Shown here: one piece after another, positions 36,627 through 48,663 of the stretch
Position numbering within the stretch: the first letter of the stretch is position 1
Layout of the letters: each line of letters opens with the position of its first letter
Source of the DNA: Octopus bimaculoides
Taxonomy: Eukaryota
Reading direction: 5' to 3'
NCBI RefSeq assembly: GCF_001194135.2
Contig: NC_069002.1
Coordinates: forward strand, 135,424-199,423
Length of the DNA: 64,000 nucleotides
Notes under the pieces: model-generated
Seen by the model: only the letters and a program-made list of their open reading frames with translations
What the model was told of the DNA's origin: nothing
Databases searched by the model: none
Translations under genes and position numbers: made by a program

Positions 36627-37146
36627 ATAAAAGCACACAGATCCATAGCAGACATATGTATTGGAACTCCCATATCATGTGATTTCATTCTAGTGGAAAT
36701 TGTCAGCGGGGACCGTCTGGTCACTGCATGCCAGTCAAATCTTGCTGTCATGATATATAGAACATCATCATCAGCATCATTTCGAACACTGATGTCACAA
36801 ATAATCAGCAGGATTATTAAAAATTAATTATTAGGGATGGAAGTTAATAATTAATGTTTAATATGCCTTATGTTGATGGAGACTAAATGCTTGTAGATGG
36901 ACAGACGGACAAGACATTCCATAAGTAGGCTGAAAGGGAAATGACAGAGAGCAAAAAAGAGAGAGAGAGAGAATAAGGGGCTGTCATCCATTTCCATGGG
37001 TCTGAGTTGATCTCAATACTTATTTCAGAACTATATTAAGTATATTGATCTCTATCTATCAAATGTCTAAGTTGTACCAATTTGTTTTGTACTGGTATGC
37101 AGACAGACAGACACACACACACACACACACACAATGCTACACTTAC

Positions 37147-37360
37147 CGAAACTTCTTTCACTAGTAAGCCTCTTTTTCTTTGACGGTTTCCGTCTGATCA
37201 CTGTCATTTCTGTATTGGAATCAGTCTCTGATTCTGAACTACTGGACTTGACACGGCTTTTCTGTAGGTTATTATGCAGATCTTCATCAAAACCGTCAGC
37301 AATATCCATCCTAGTCTCTTCATAGCTAGTGGTGATTGGTTGGCTAGCAGCTTGGACCAT
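37147..37360 (-). CDS. VPS13: VPS13 exon (acidic/Ser-rich insert)
   Basis: MVQAASQP..RRKPSKKKRLTSERSF; CAG/GTAAG. Confidence 0.85.
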
Positions 37361-37543
37361 CTGAAATAGGAGACAAAAAGGTGCATATTTATGTGTAACT
37401 TACGTTTTTTTATAAGTTTCAAATGTGTCAGGGTTTTGCAAAGTTAAAGATATGTAAGACAAATAAATAATAAAAAAAAAACAATTGTGAACAGAAATAT
37501 GACTGGATTAATATTTATAATGAAAAGGTTTAAGACCTCTAAC

Positions 37544-37672
37544 CTTGATTTGTAATTCCCATGGTCGGTACAGATTTTCTTTCTCCATTACTGGTTCAAC
37601 CAAGGGCTCCCAAACACTGAGCTTTTCATTGAAGTAAGCAAGCTCGAGGTTGATTTCGGACTGTAATTGTAA
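37544..37672 (-). CDS. VPS13: VPS13 exon
   Basis: LQLQSEINLELAYFNEKLSVWEPLVEP..PWELQIK. Confidence 0.95.
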
Positions 37673-37735
37673 CTGGAACGGAAAAGAAATGTGCAAGTTA
37701 ATAATTCACTGGCTTACCTATCTCACGTATGTATG

Positions 37736-37780
<45 letters not shown>

Positions 37781-37901
37781 NNNNNNNNNNNNNNNNNNNN
37801 NNNNNNNNNNNNNNNNNNNNNNNNNNNNNNNNNNNNNNNNNNNNNNNNNNNNNNNNNNNNNNNNNNNNNNNNNNNNNNNNNNNNNNNNNNNNNNNNNNNN
37901 N

Positions 37902-38108
37902 TATATATGGGAGAATATACGAAAAAACAACAACAGACGAGGACAGGTGGTGTAAATAACAAAAGGATGTATTAGTATGACGCTCGGGAATACGGAAAGT
38001 CTTTGACGTTTCGAGCTACGCTCTTCAACAGAAAGAATACGGAGACAAGGAGAAAAACACGGAGAAAAAAAAAAAAATTGAATAGTGTCCAGTCAACGGT
38101 CAATCATA
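37902..38108 (-). mobile_element. Probable solo Penelope pseudo-LTR fragment
   Basis: About 200 nt CpG-retaining island between (TA)n tracts, carrying the hammerhead motif. Confidence 0.5.
38000..38036 (-). ncRNA. Minimal type I hammerhead-like motif, PLE style
   Basis: TCTTT-CTGTTGA-A-GAGC(GTA)GCTC-GAAAC-GTC^AAAGA. Confidence 0.62.
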
Positions 38109-38496
38109 ATATATATATATATATATATACATATATATACATATACATATATTTCACTTAGGCATTGCGATACTAATAATCTGGTGTAGAACGCAATATA
38201 CATATGTTTCAGAACAAAATGTTAGTTGAGTACAGAGCAATAATAAGAAACTGAGAGCGATAAAGTGATACTCAAGCATGCAACTGAGAGGACATTGCAT
38301 CTTACAGCAGAAACAGCAGTAAGCTAATGAAGTTCATTGTTTATTCCTTTGTCATCTCAATTATATGTGTGCATGTGCGTGTGTACGTATGTATGAGTGC
38401 ATGTGTGTGTGTTTGTGTGCATATATATATGAGTATAAAATATATATATATGAATGAATTCATTTTGAATGTATAGAATTACTTTAAAATCTGTAC

Positions 38497-38669
38497 CTGG
38501 CTTGAAAGGTTTTTCATCTTTGCATCTAATGAAGATTTCAGGTACAAAATAGGGATTTCATTATCCTGGTTTTCAACTTCAAACACAAGGTCAAGTTCAT
38601 TAATGGCAATATTGAATTTTTCCATAAAACCGTTTGAAACAATTTTTTTTTCACTGCTGCCTGCATCCC
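38497..38669 (-). CDS. VPS13: VPS13 exon
   Basis: ..EIPILYLKSSLDAKMKNLSSQ. Confidence 0.9.
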
Positions 38670-38811
38670 CTAAAAATATAGAATGAAAAAGAAAAATATA
38701 TATATATAGTGTATAGTGACCCGAGCATAGAACGGAGCTTGCTTCTTTGAGCTGGGAAATGAATGGAATGCCTAGTATGTGTCTTGTGGTTACCTCCTCT
38801 TAAACAATGGG

Positions 38812-38872
<61 letters not shown>

Positions 38873-39053
38873 TGAGGGCTGACCACAGAATATTCTGCTG
38901 CAACAAAATACTGTCTGACCCATGCAAGCATGGTAAAGTAGATGTTAAAATGAGGACATCAATGATGATCTTCATGGTGAAATATGTATTTGTCAGTCTC
39001 TGTTTATATATCTAAAACAAAACGATTGTAAATGTAGATAATGTTTTGCAAAC

Positions 39054-39159
39054 CTCTAATAGCAGTGAATTCAAGCCATTTTTCTGAAGAAACTTTCTGT
39101 ACATCCCAGAGATTAGTTAATGGCTGATGAGTTATGGGGGGAGTGAAGTTTTCTTTCTT
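39054..39159 (-). CDS. VPS13: VPS13 exon
   Basis: KKENF..LTNLWDVQKVSSEKWL; resolves phase between neighbours. Confidence 0.86.
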
Positions 39160-39308
39160 CTAAAATAGGAAAAATAAGAAATAATATTATAATAAACAAT
39201 GATGACTATTATTTTACTCAGAAACCATTCCAATAACTAAAATCTAATCAGAAGGAAGAATTATTAAGTAATAAGACAAAAGCAGAAATAAAGGTTGGAA
39301 CTACTCAC

Positions 39309-39473
39309 AGTTTTGGTTCTCCAGGACGGGTAGCTTTCCAATACACTTTGTACTAAATTAATCACTGAAGCAGATAGGTGTAAATAAATCTTATCAATTT
39401 GGACATTTACTTCTGTCAGTTTCTCCTGGTAATCATTCACTCTGCCAAATGTTATGTCACTTGGGTAAATTAT
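39309..39473 (-). CDS. VPS13: VPS13 exon
   Basis: IIYPSDITF..IYLHLSASVINLVQSVLES. Confidence 0.9.
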
Positions 39474-39738
39474 CTGGAAAAGAAGCCAATAAAATCTGGT
39501 CCAGCTTTTGATTTTGTTTGTTAAAATGTTTGTGTGATATTTCCACTTTTAAGTTTATCTCCATAGATTTCCTATTGAATTCAGAGCCAACATTGCAAGA
39601 CCGAAGGCGGTCTCAGCATTATATTTTACATAGTACTGGATGCTGTTATAAGTGGTGCGTAACTTTTATTGAAACAGAAAAGAAAAAAAAACACAGAAAA
39701 AAATGGTTGGTTAAAACAACATTGACTATGATTCTTAC

Positions 39739-39855
39739 CTTGTTAGAACTATCATCAAATTGACCATAATAGCAAGATATTAACTGCATTTTCTGTATAT
39801 CCACTTGAATTTCTTCACGTAAGTTAAAATAAAAATAGTCAATCCTCATACCAGC
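39739..39855 (-). CDS. VPS13: VPS13 exon
   Basis: AGMRIDY..IQKMQLISCYY..SSNK. Confidence 0.87.
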
Positions 39856-39873
39856 CTGGAATAACCAACAATA

Positions 39874-40000
39874 AACAGCATCAAACAGCATCAAACAACA
39901 TCAGACAACATCAGACAACATCAGACAACATCAGACAACATCAGACAACATCAAACAACATCAGACAACATCAGACAACATCAGACAACATCAAACAACA
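39874..40000. repeat. 10-bp minisatellite (ACAACATCAR)n, about 12 copies
   Basis: Directly visible. Confidence 0.95.
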
Positions 40001-40195
40001 AGTAATAACGAATCAGCTCCTTTCTTTATTTAGACACAACTAATTTATTGAAGACAAAAATGAGTGTTTGTTTGATGGTTTTTAGGGATTTTTCTCAGTA
40101 AGACACTAAATTTCTTTACTCCCTGTCTGCCACTAAGCCTAGTATGGCCACTCATCCTAAACCTCTTAGTCACAACAATTACAGGTAGAACTTAC

Positions 40196-40470
40196 CTTTA
40201 AAACAAGAATAGGACAAGTCCGTTTTTCTGGATTTGAAAAGAATACAATTTCTGGATCTGCAATTTTGCAGCTTACAGTAAGGTTAGATGCATCAGTGGG
40301 TAACAAGAAAGAAGGTTTTGAGTCTTGTGCAGTTGCTAAGCTTGAAGTGTTCATGCCACCATCTACAGTTGATGTATAACTTGTTTCAATGGAACCACTG
40401 AGAAAGCGTATAAGAGAGTTCAAATACGTCGGACAAATGTGGAAACGTAGTTTCCGCAGTGACAGGTCCA
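40196..40470 (-). CDS. VPS13: VPS13 exon
   Basis: DLSLRKLRFHICPTYLNSLIRFL..IADPEIVFF..ILVLK. Confidence 0.92.
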
Positions 40471-40781
40471 CTGTAAATATAAAATAAATATATGTGTGTG
40501 TAAATTTATTTGTATAAAAGTAGTCAGGATTGAATAAACAACAGATTTAAACTTTCCACATGTATCACAATATTCAGAATATTGTAATTTATAATCTCTG
40601 ATAACTGTATTAACAGGAAACTTAACCACTTTACTAGACTTTACTGCTACAACATTAGTAAAGCAGAAATTCCTGTCTGATTTACCAAGGGCCTCCACAC
40701 AATTTTTGTCTACCAAATTCATAATTTGTGAGGGGGGGGGGGATTAGAAATGAAACAAAATAAACTTAAAGAAGCAGTTAC

Positions 40782-40879
40782 CTTTCTGGCAGCCATCTCC
40801 AGAGTTCTTATAGTTAATCTTAAATACAGGAACGTCTTGCATTTCAGAATTACTTTTATTCTTCACAATTTTCAGTACT
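40782..40879 (-). CDS. VPS13: VPS13 exon
   Basis: VLKIVKN..VPVFKINYKN. Confidence 0.85.
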
Positions 40880-41364
40880 CTGATGAAATGGCAAATACAG
40901 GAAACATAAGAAATGGAAGAATTAGTATGAAAGAAATAATAACTTTTTTAAAATAAATAAACAAAATAAAACAATAAGTAAAAAATATCAACCAGCACTG
41001 TATTTATAGAAAACTTCAATTGGGATATAAGAAAAATACTATGGAAAATGTTTTGTAATGTACTGGATTAACCCCTTTTCATAGCAACCTGTCTGTGACT
41101 GTTCCTGGATCCATGAAGCACACTTTCTCTTTTAATGTGTTCTAAATTCTATCAAAATTTCATTTCAATTTACATTTCATGTACCTCTTTAATCCTTTAG
41201 CATTCAAATCAGCCATATCTGACCAAAATATTTTACTTGTTTTATGTTCAAACTGGACATATCTGACCTGTCACACCTACCCTACAATGTCATTCTAAAA
41301 ATTAAACACTCACATCATCGAATTCTCAAAGTCACAAGCTAATGCACAATTAATTCAACAACCC

Positions 41365-41615
41365 ATATTCAGGAACCTTTTGAGCGGGATGGGCAACTCA
41401 ATCTGAAGAAAATTCTAACTGGGCCCCACCTGCAAGGTCATGCACTGTTTATCTTGATATAAGATCACCATGTCGCACACATATGGTTGTGATGCATATA
41501 CCTGGAGTACCCTTATCAGACAGGTGGTCAAGATTGGTATACGGGGCTTCATATATTTTACCTCAGTGTCACTTTGATGGCATACACTGCTCTCTCACTC
41601 AATCATAATAATAAT
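41365..41615 (+). repeat. Interspersed repeat family D, 3' part
   Basis: Matches 9545-9880; ends in (AAT)n. Confidence 0.75.
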
Positions 41616-41937
41616 AATAATAATGGTTTCAAATTTTGCCACAAGGGCAGTCATTTTGGGGGAGAAGAGGTGTCAATTACATCAACCCTAGTGTTCAACT
41701 GGTCCTTAATTTATTGACACAGAAAGGATGAAAGGCAAAGTCAACCTCAGCAGAATTTGAACTTAGAATGTAGCGACAGGCGGAGTGCCGCAAAGCATTT
41801 TGCCAGCATGTTAATGATTCTGTCAGCTCAGCACCTTAACAGTGATAATAATAATACTAATAATACTAATTATAATGATGATAATGATAATAGCAACAAC
41901 AACAAAACAAGATGTAGTAATGAAAAGAAAGTGTTAC

Positions 41938-42089
41938 CTTTTAACAATGGCTTTGCTGTCTGGACTGATGTCATCAATCATTAACCATTTCACTTGTAAT
42001 GAACCTGCAGCGGAGCCATCAATCAGCTGATTTCTTTTGATAGTTACACGTCCCATCTGGAACCGACTCAATCCTTGTTTCTGGAAACC
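41938..42089 (-). CDS. VPS13: VPS13 exon
   Basis: GFQKQGLSRFQM..LMIDDISPDSKAIVKR. Confidence 0.9.
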
Positions 42090-42574
42090 CTAGAACCAAT
42101 TGGGAACTGCACTGAAAACCATTCACTCGTGAAGTATTTTTGTTACAAACCCTTATTTCTTCCCCAAACTACTTTTAAAAAACAAATAACAAAACAAAAT
42201 ATCATTCAGTCAAGGATTTATCAACGTAATCACTACACATCTACATTTCTTAATAAGAAGAGTTGAAAGGAATGCATGCAAGATCTCACAGCTCTAGCAT
42301 CACTCCTTCATAGTCGGCCCATAAACTTTGCAGTCCATCGTCATATCAAGGTATGACTTTTATTTAATCAGGTAACAATTGAGCATACGACATTGATGAG
42401 CCTGAAGAAAGGTGAACCACACCTGTTGTTCTTATGGGCTACGGCAGGAATGAGGTTCATCTCAACCCAGCATACATTGTTGTTTTTAGCACAAGTCTAT
42501 GAAGAGATTTTATCTCAGACAATTCCATGACATTCTGCTGTCTCACAATATATATATGCATTTAGTGTGATATA

Positions 42575-42730
42575 TCATCGCCATTTAACATCTGTCTTCC
42601 ATGCTGGCATGGGTTGGACGGTTTGAGAGGAGCTGACAAGCCAAAGGACGGCACCAGGCTCCACTGTCTGTTTTGGCATGGATTTTACAGCTGGATACCC
42701 TTCCTAATGTCAACACCATACAGATGGTGG
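42575..42730 (-). mobile_element. RTE-tail repeat family B
   Basis: TTTAACATCTGTCTTCCATGCTGGCATGGGTTGGACGG. Confidence 0.7.
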
Positions 42731-42735
42731 CATAT

Positions 42736-42774
<39 letters not shown>

Positions 42775-42900
42775 CACACACATACGCATAAACAACTGTG
42801 TGTGTGTTTTCATTTCTTTAAATACATAAATTTCAAAACAACAAATGTTGTTTGGTATTACAAACAAACACATGATCAACAGGGATGATATGATACTGAC

Positions 42901-43064
42901 CAACTCTGTGGACTTCTGTTCTATCAAACAAACAACAATACCATCCATGGTAAAGTTCAAATTGATGGCTGATTTTGGCATATTCTTTAAGGATTCCTGA
43001 GAGCCAGTACTTAATGTACTTGATGCCATCTGGGATGATTCTTTGGGTGGAAAATGGTAACCGG
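42901..43064 (-). CDS. VPS13: VPS13 exon
   Basis: GYHFPPK..INLNFTMDGIVVCLIEQKSTEL. Confidence 0.85.
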
Positions 43065-43448
43065 CTTTATGGAAAAAGAGGAGAAAAATTAAAGTAATTT
43101 ATTTTCATAAAAATAATAATAGCTGGAGAAAAATGTTGGCACCATGATATGTAGTTACTTAAGCCATATATTAACAACTTTACTTTCACTTATAACACTA
43201 TATTTGTAGTCCTAGACACATTGTGTCAGGTAAGAGATGGGATGGTGACAGAAGGAGCTACTTTGATCATGAGTGTGCTGAATGAGAGCTGATCTGAAGC
43301 TTTCTACTACCAACACCACTACCACTACTGCATCCACCGTCACCACCACCACCACTACTGCATCCACCATCACCACCACCACTGCCGCCGCAAACAATAG
43401 AGGGAGGAAAGAAAATTACATAGAAATAGTTTAATATTTATACATGTC

Positions 43449-43968
43449 ATATACTTAAATATTAACTTATTAGATGGTATCTGTGAATAGTATTGTTTTA
43501 AAATCTATATTATACTTCTTAGTTTATAATTAGTTAATACCAGGTATCAGTCTTTATAGATACAAACTACATAAGTAAATAAACAATTTTTAGTTTAAAT
43601 TCTTGAATTATTATACATTTCCTATAAATCTTCTCTATTGATGTTAATAAGGAATATATACTTCATCATGGTTTTTGTGATTAAGCTATTTTTATTCCTT
43701 TTCTATGGTGTTCTGTCCTCTGATCATTTCATTGTTTTATAATAGCCTTTATGAAATAAACCTAATTTTTGTACCCCTACAAATTCGTTCTTAGCTTAAA
43801 TAAAACAATACCAGGATCTTCACAGCTTAAAGTAAACTGCTTAGATTATAATTTAATTAATAAATAGTTAGCATGTTCTTTCGCCTCAGTACTCCTTTAT
43901 TAAATACCAGTATATACCAATTGATCAATATTCACTGATACCATCTAATAAGTTAATATTTAAGTATA
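43449..43968. mobile_element. Unclassified element with about 40-bp TIRs
   Basis: ATACTTAAATATTAACTTATTAGATGGTATC(T/A)GTGAATA present inverted at both ends. Confidence 0.65.
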
Positions 43969-44800
43969 TATAATATATATAGATATTTAACTATTTCTAT
44001 GTAATTTCTTTCTTCCCTCTATTGTGGTAAAATTTGGTATAGACTCAAAAGTATTCAAAAATGTTTTACCCTTTTGTTAAAATAATCTCCTTGATAACCC
44101 TAGATTCTAACTTTATACAATATAGCAATATTGTTCAAAATATTCAACTATAGTACCTCATGATAAAATTTCCCATAGAATATCATCTTTGGCTTACAAG
44201 AGTCTTGCCTCTTTAATTGACAGTTAACATCTTGATTTAAGCTTTCCTTTACCAAATCTCATTATATTGCTTCAAATTAATCTTGATAGTTTTATGACTA
44301 TCCCCACTATGATTTCTGTCAACTCCCTCAGCCCCTTTCCTAACAGACACTGCGCCTTGTTCCTTGGCCTTGGATTTTTGATATACAAAGATTTGATAAA
44401 CAAGACTATAAATTAAAACGGACCCCAAAAAACAGTGACAAGCTAGATTCCTAACAAGTCTTTTTTCCTGATACCTTAGTAACTTCTAAGCTGAAATGAA
44501 GACAGCATGTTCTTTGTCTATCTCCTTACCTTCTTGGAGGTTTTGGGTAAAATTATACTAATGTGTCCATTTAATTAAATTCTATGTCTTTATGCAGCTG
44601 AGGATTGCTCTGCATTTAAATTGATAATTGATATAATGGTTGCATTGTTCAATTAAATGGAGTCGCTTGAAATGATCGTACTGCGTTACCTCTGGATATC
44701 CTGTAGTTTATTTTGATATATATATATACTAAAACATATTTTAATGTAATGTAAAATTGAAAACAAAAAAAAAAAGCTAATGTAGTCATGTGATATTTAC

Positions 44801-44888
44801 CGACAGGAGACAGAGATGGAGCTCCTTCCATGAGGTTTTCATGATAAATACCCAGTATTGATTGGATGTCTTTTTGGATCAGGTGAAT
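44801..44888 (-). CDS. VPS13: VPS13 exon
   Basis: IHLIQKDIQSILGIYHENLMEGAP. Confidence 0.9.
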
Positions 44889-45169
44889 CTGAAAGACAAA
44901 GTGACTTCAATATTTCAACAACAGTTTCATGATATGTAGCTTTACCAGGTAAATATCACTAGAAACAGCCATGTCTCATCAACAATGTAATATACAATGC
45001 TGTTTGACGGCTACATTTTAAAACAATACTATTATGAATATGGCATTAAAATCAACATTATTTGAGAGTTCTATTTAAATGCAACACTTTGGGATGTTGA
45101 GTCTCACAGAGCCAATTGGGACTTTTGGTGATTTACTGTGCTTGAGAAGACACTTCAAGCTAAATGAAA

Positions 45170-45450
45170 TAATAGTCATGGCCAATGCTGATGACATGTG
45201 AAAGGCACTTGTGCCAGTGACACGTGAGGGGCACCTGTGCTAGTGACACATATAAGACACCCATGCCTGTGATGCATAAAAGACACCTAGTACACTCTAT
45301 GGAATGGTTGGCATCAGGAAGGGCATCCAGCAGAGAAACCAAACCAGAACAGGCTGGAGCATGGTGCAGCTCTCTGGCTTGCCAGTTCCAGTTACACTAA
45401 CTCAAGCCAGCATGGAAAATGAGGATGATGATGATGATGAGGAAGATGAG
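45170..45450 (+). mobile_element. RTE-tail repeat family B, short-unit variant
   Basis: GTGACAC..AAAGACAC units, then shared tail and (GAT)n. Confidence 0.7.
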
Positions 45451-45754
45451 GATGAAAATGATGGTAATTGGATTGCTATGTTAAAAAAATAACCAAATTA
45501 CTGCATTACAAAGTGATAATATATAATCAAGCAATACTATAATGATTGATGCATTAAAGCAATATTATTTGAGAGCTACATTTAAAAGCAACACTATTAT
45601 GATTGCAACATTATAAAGTGATAATATATGCCAATTACATAAAAAAACAACTCTGTTCTGGTTACAACCCAGCAAATTGACACCAACACTGTATGACAAC
45701 TAGACTCTAAAACAGTGACAAATGTTAAATCTAAAGGAACACTAATGAAGTTAC

Positions 45755-45902
45755 CTTCACTAAGTCCAGTTGTCCTGAGATATCATAGTGGACTTTTGCT
45801 GAGAGTGGATAAAGGGCATTTTTTATATCAGCTTTCAGGTTTACGGGGTCTAAAATGTCCTGCACTATGTTGTAGACATCATCAGCTAATGATAACTCAG
45901 CT
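45755..45902 (-). CDS. VPS13: VPS13 exon
   Basis: AELSLAD..DILDPVNLKADIKNAL..LDLVK. Confidence 0.9.
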
Positions 45903-46441
45903 CTGTAATAAATAATAATAATAATAATAATAATAATAGTGATAAGACAGGAAAACAAGAAAAATAATGACAGGATTTAGGATGTACCAGACAAGAGCCA
46001 ATAGCAGATTATAAGGAATCAGGAAAATGCTAAAAACTTGCAGTAAAAAACAGTTTTTTTTTCTCTCCTTCTCCTTTTTCTTTCTTTGTACATAAACGTC
46101 CAATATAAACATCAAAGTGCCAGGATTAACACCAGTAAAACAGCAGGGACAATGTAATGGATTTTATACTACCAAGGAGGCATATATGAATTTCAAGATT
46201 CTCATACTAAAGTCTACTTACCAAAATCAAAAGCAGTAATTTTTAATTTTTAATTTATATTTCAAACAAACACCATTTTATAATGTTACTTCATATTTTT
46301 AAAAAAAACTACCATTTGATAAATTATACAAAATTCAAAGTTTATATCTCTGAAGAGCAGAAGAGTTGTCTATAATTGCTTATCAATATAGGATTCCATT
46401 ATGGGGACAACAAAAGAATAACCCTTGTGGTCGATAAATAC

Positions 46442-46653
46442 CTGCTGATTTTGATGGAACTGAGTGTCAGGAAGATATGGTTCCATTCTTGGTCTGGTTC
46501 TTTTGTTATTTCGAAAAAGTTTCTGAGTTTCAGATAGCCAAGACGGATGTACAGTAGGTCAGTTGACTTGGAATGTTTTGGAATCAGTAATATTGGAGCA
46601 TACACATCAAAGTTGAAACTGGTGTGTACATGATGCAGCTTCATACGGTTCAT
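46442..46653 (-). CDS. VPS13: VPS13 exon
   Basis: MNRMK..FDVYAPILLIPKHSKSTDLLYIRLGYLKLRNFF..SIKISR. Confidence 0.93.
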
Positions 46654-46696
46654 CTGTTAGGAAATAATAAATGAATGAATAAATAAAATAAATAAT

Positions 46697-47180
46697 AATA
46701 ATAATGATAATCTTTTCTACTGGAAGCACAAGGCCTCAAACTTAGGGGAAGGGATTAAGTTGATTACATCGACCCCAGTACATATTTGGTACTTATTTAA
46801 TTGACCCCAAAAGGATGAAAGCAAAGTCGACCCCCATGGAATTTGAACTCAGAATGTAGCAGCAGACAAAATACCACTAAGCATTTCGTCCAGCATGCTA
46901 ATGATTCTGCCAGCTCGTTGTCTTAATAATAATAATAATCCTTTCTATTATAGGCACAAGGCCTGAAATTTTGGGAGAGGGGATTAGTCAATTACAATGA
47001 CTCCAGTGTTCCACTGGTACTTAATTTGTCAACCCCAAAAGGATGAAAGGTAAAGTCAGCCTCCATGGAATTTGAACTCAGACATAAAGACGGATGAAAT
47101 GCTGCTAAACATTTCATCCAGCACGCTAACGATTCTGTCAGCTCACCACCATCTCAATGATAATAATGGTTTCAAATGTT
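46697..47180 (-). mobile_element. SINE family C, tandem pair
   Basis: Two reverse-complement copies separated by (AAT)n. Confidence 0.72.
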
Positions 47181-47498
47181 GTCAGAAGGGCAGCAAGTCT
47201 ATCCCTCTACAGGTCTGATCATAGCTGACGACTGAGTGGTGAGTGTGAGAGAGAGAGAGGCGGGGAGAGCGAGAGAAAGAAGAGAATGAGAAAGAGAGAA
47301 TCACTCTCAGTATTGGAGATATTTTATTTTGACCCCGAAAAGACAAAAGCAAATTTGACCTCAGTAGAATTTGAATGCAATAAAAAGAGGGGGGGAAACC
47401 CCCACCCCACCCAACCAATGTTTAAAGCTAGAACTTTAAGAATATCATTGGTAATAAGTTGCAGTAAAAGAAAATAAATGGAAAGAAGTGAGACGAAC

Positions 47499-47576
47499 AT
47501 TTTTAGTGACCGTTCTTGACACAGCAGCACCAGTCTCATCGATAAGTGATGGAGTAACGATTGGTTCAAAAAACCT
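47499..47576 (-). CDS. VPS13: VPS13 exon
   Basis: RFFEPIVTPSLIDETGAAVSRTVTKN. Confidence 0.85.
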
Positions 47577-48211
47577 CTGAAATGGAAATTTGGACAAGTT
47601 TAATAAAATCAGAGTTTTACATATTGTAAGGAAAATAAATATATACATGGAAGTGTGATAGGGGCTAAATGTAAGTGCCAAGCATGAAACTCTCAGCCCC
47701 TGAGGACTGTATTCTGGATTAAGGCACACAATAATATCAGGCTGTTCCAATCTACCCAGCTGAGTGCTGGTGTAACTCTTGCTCCCTGCAATCAAGGGTA
47801 GGAATACTGAGACAGTGTCTCATATTTTGAAAATTTCTACCAATCTTGTCAACCCACAAATAGCATTGTTTCAATATTTTCTGCTTTTACAATATGTCTA
47901 CAGACCAATGAAATACATTAGAGCTACAGCAAGGATTTCCCAGCAACTGATGATCTGGTACATCTATTAATCCAGACATAATTATTCTATGGACACTTAA
48001 ATTAGTCATGCCCGTTATAAATGACTCTTATGCTGCCAAGCTTTCATGGCATAAATTAATTTATTCACTTGTAACATACCATGAGAGTGGAAACACTCTC
48101 CCCACATCTAATTATGATAATATAAAGAGGCAAATTGGTCTTGTAGCTGTATTATAATAAATTTATTCGACAACCAAACAAATTTTTGCAAGTAAGTTAA
48201 CTAAAACTTAC

Positions 48212-48328
48212 AGTGAGGTCCCAGAAAAATTTTGCGAGACACACAACTTGAAGTTGACCAACACGTAACCGGATTTTGTAATCTGGGTTCTTTTTATTCT
48301 TCCCATGAATCTTATTGTAGTATATAAA
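48212..48328 (-). CDS. VPS13: VPS13 exon
   Basis: FIYY..IRLRVGQLQVVCLAKFFWDLT. Confidence 0.9.
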
Positions 48329-48573
48329 CTGAAAAATGCAAAAGAAAAAAAACAAGAATATACATTGTCCTTTAAGAAAAGACAGAAAATGAGTTATTTA
48401 TATTTTTGTTATTCACAAAAAGATAAGCAGTAAACATTTTATTGGTTTTAATTTTAAACTAGAAAACATTTTACTATTTTTAACTGATCTCTTTGTAGAC
48501 ATGCTGCATTGTGCTTTTAACTCCTGTCTACAAAGAGACTGGAGAAAAGAAACATCACTGCCTATCAAATGAC

Positions 48574-48575
<2 letters not shown>

Positions 48576-48622
<47 letters not shown>

Positions 48623-48632
48623 NNNNNNNNNN

Positions 48633-48660
<28 letters not shown>
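48576..48660. repeat. (GA)n microsatellite containing a gap
   Basis: Directly visible. Confidence 0.9.

Positions 48661-48663
<3 letters not shown>

Noticed and set aside
39874-40000. Regular array as CRISPR
   Set aside because: Contiguous 10-mers without spacers, in a eukaryotic intron
47577-47795. N-terminal part of ORF 47445-47795
   Set aside because: Intronic read-through; only 47499-47576 fits the splice chain
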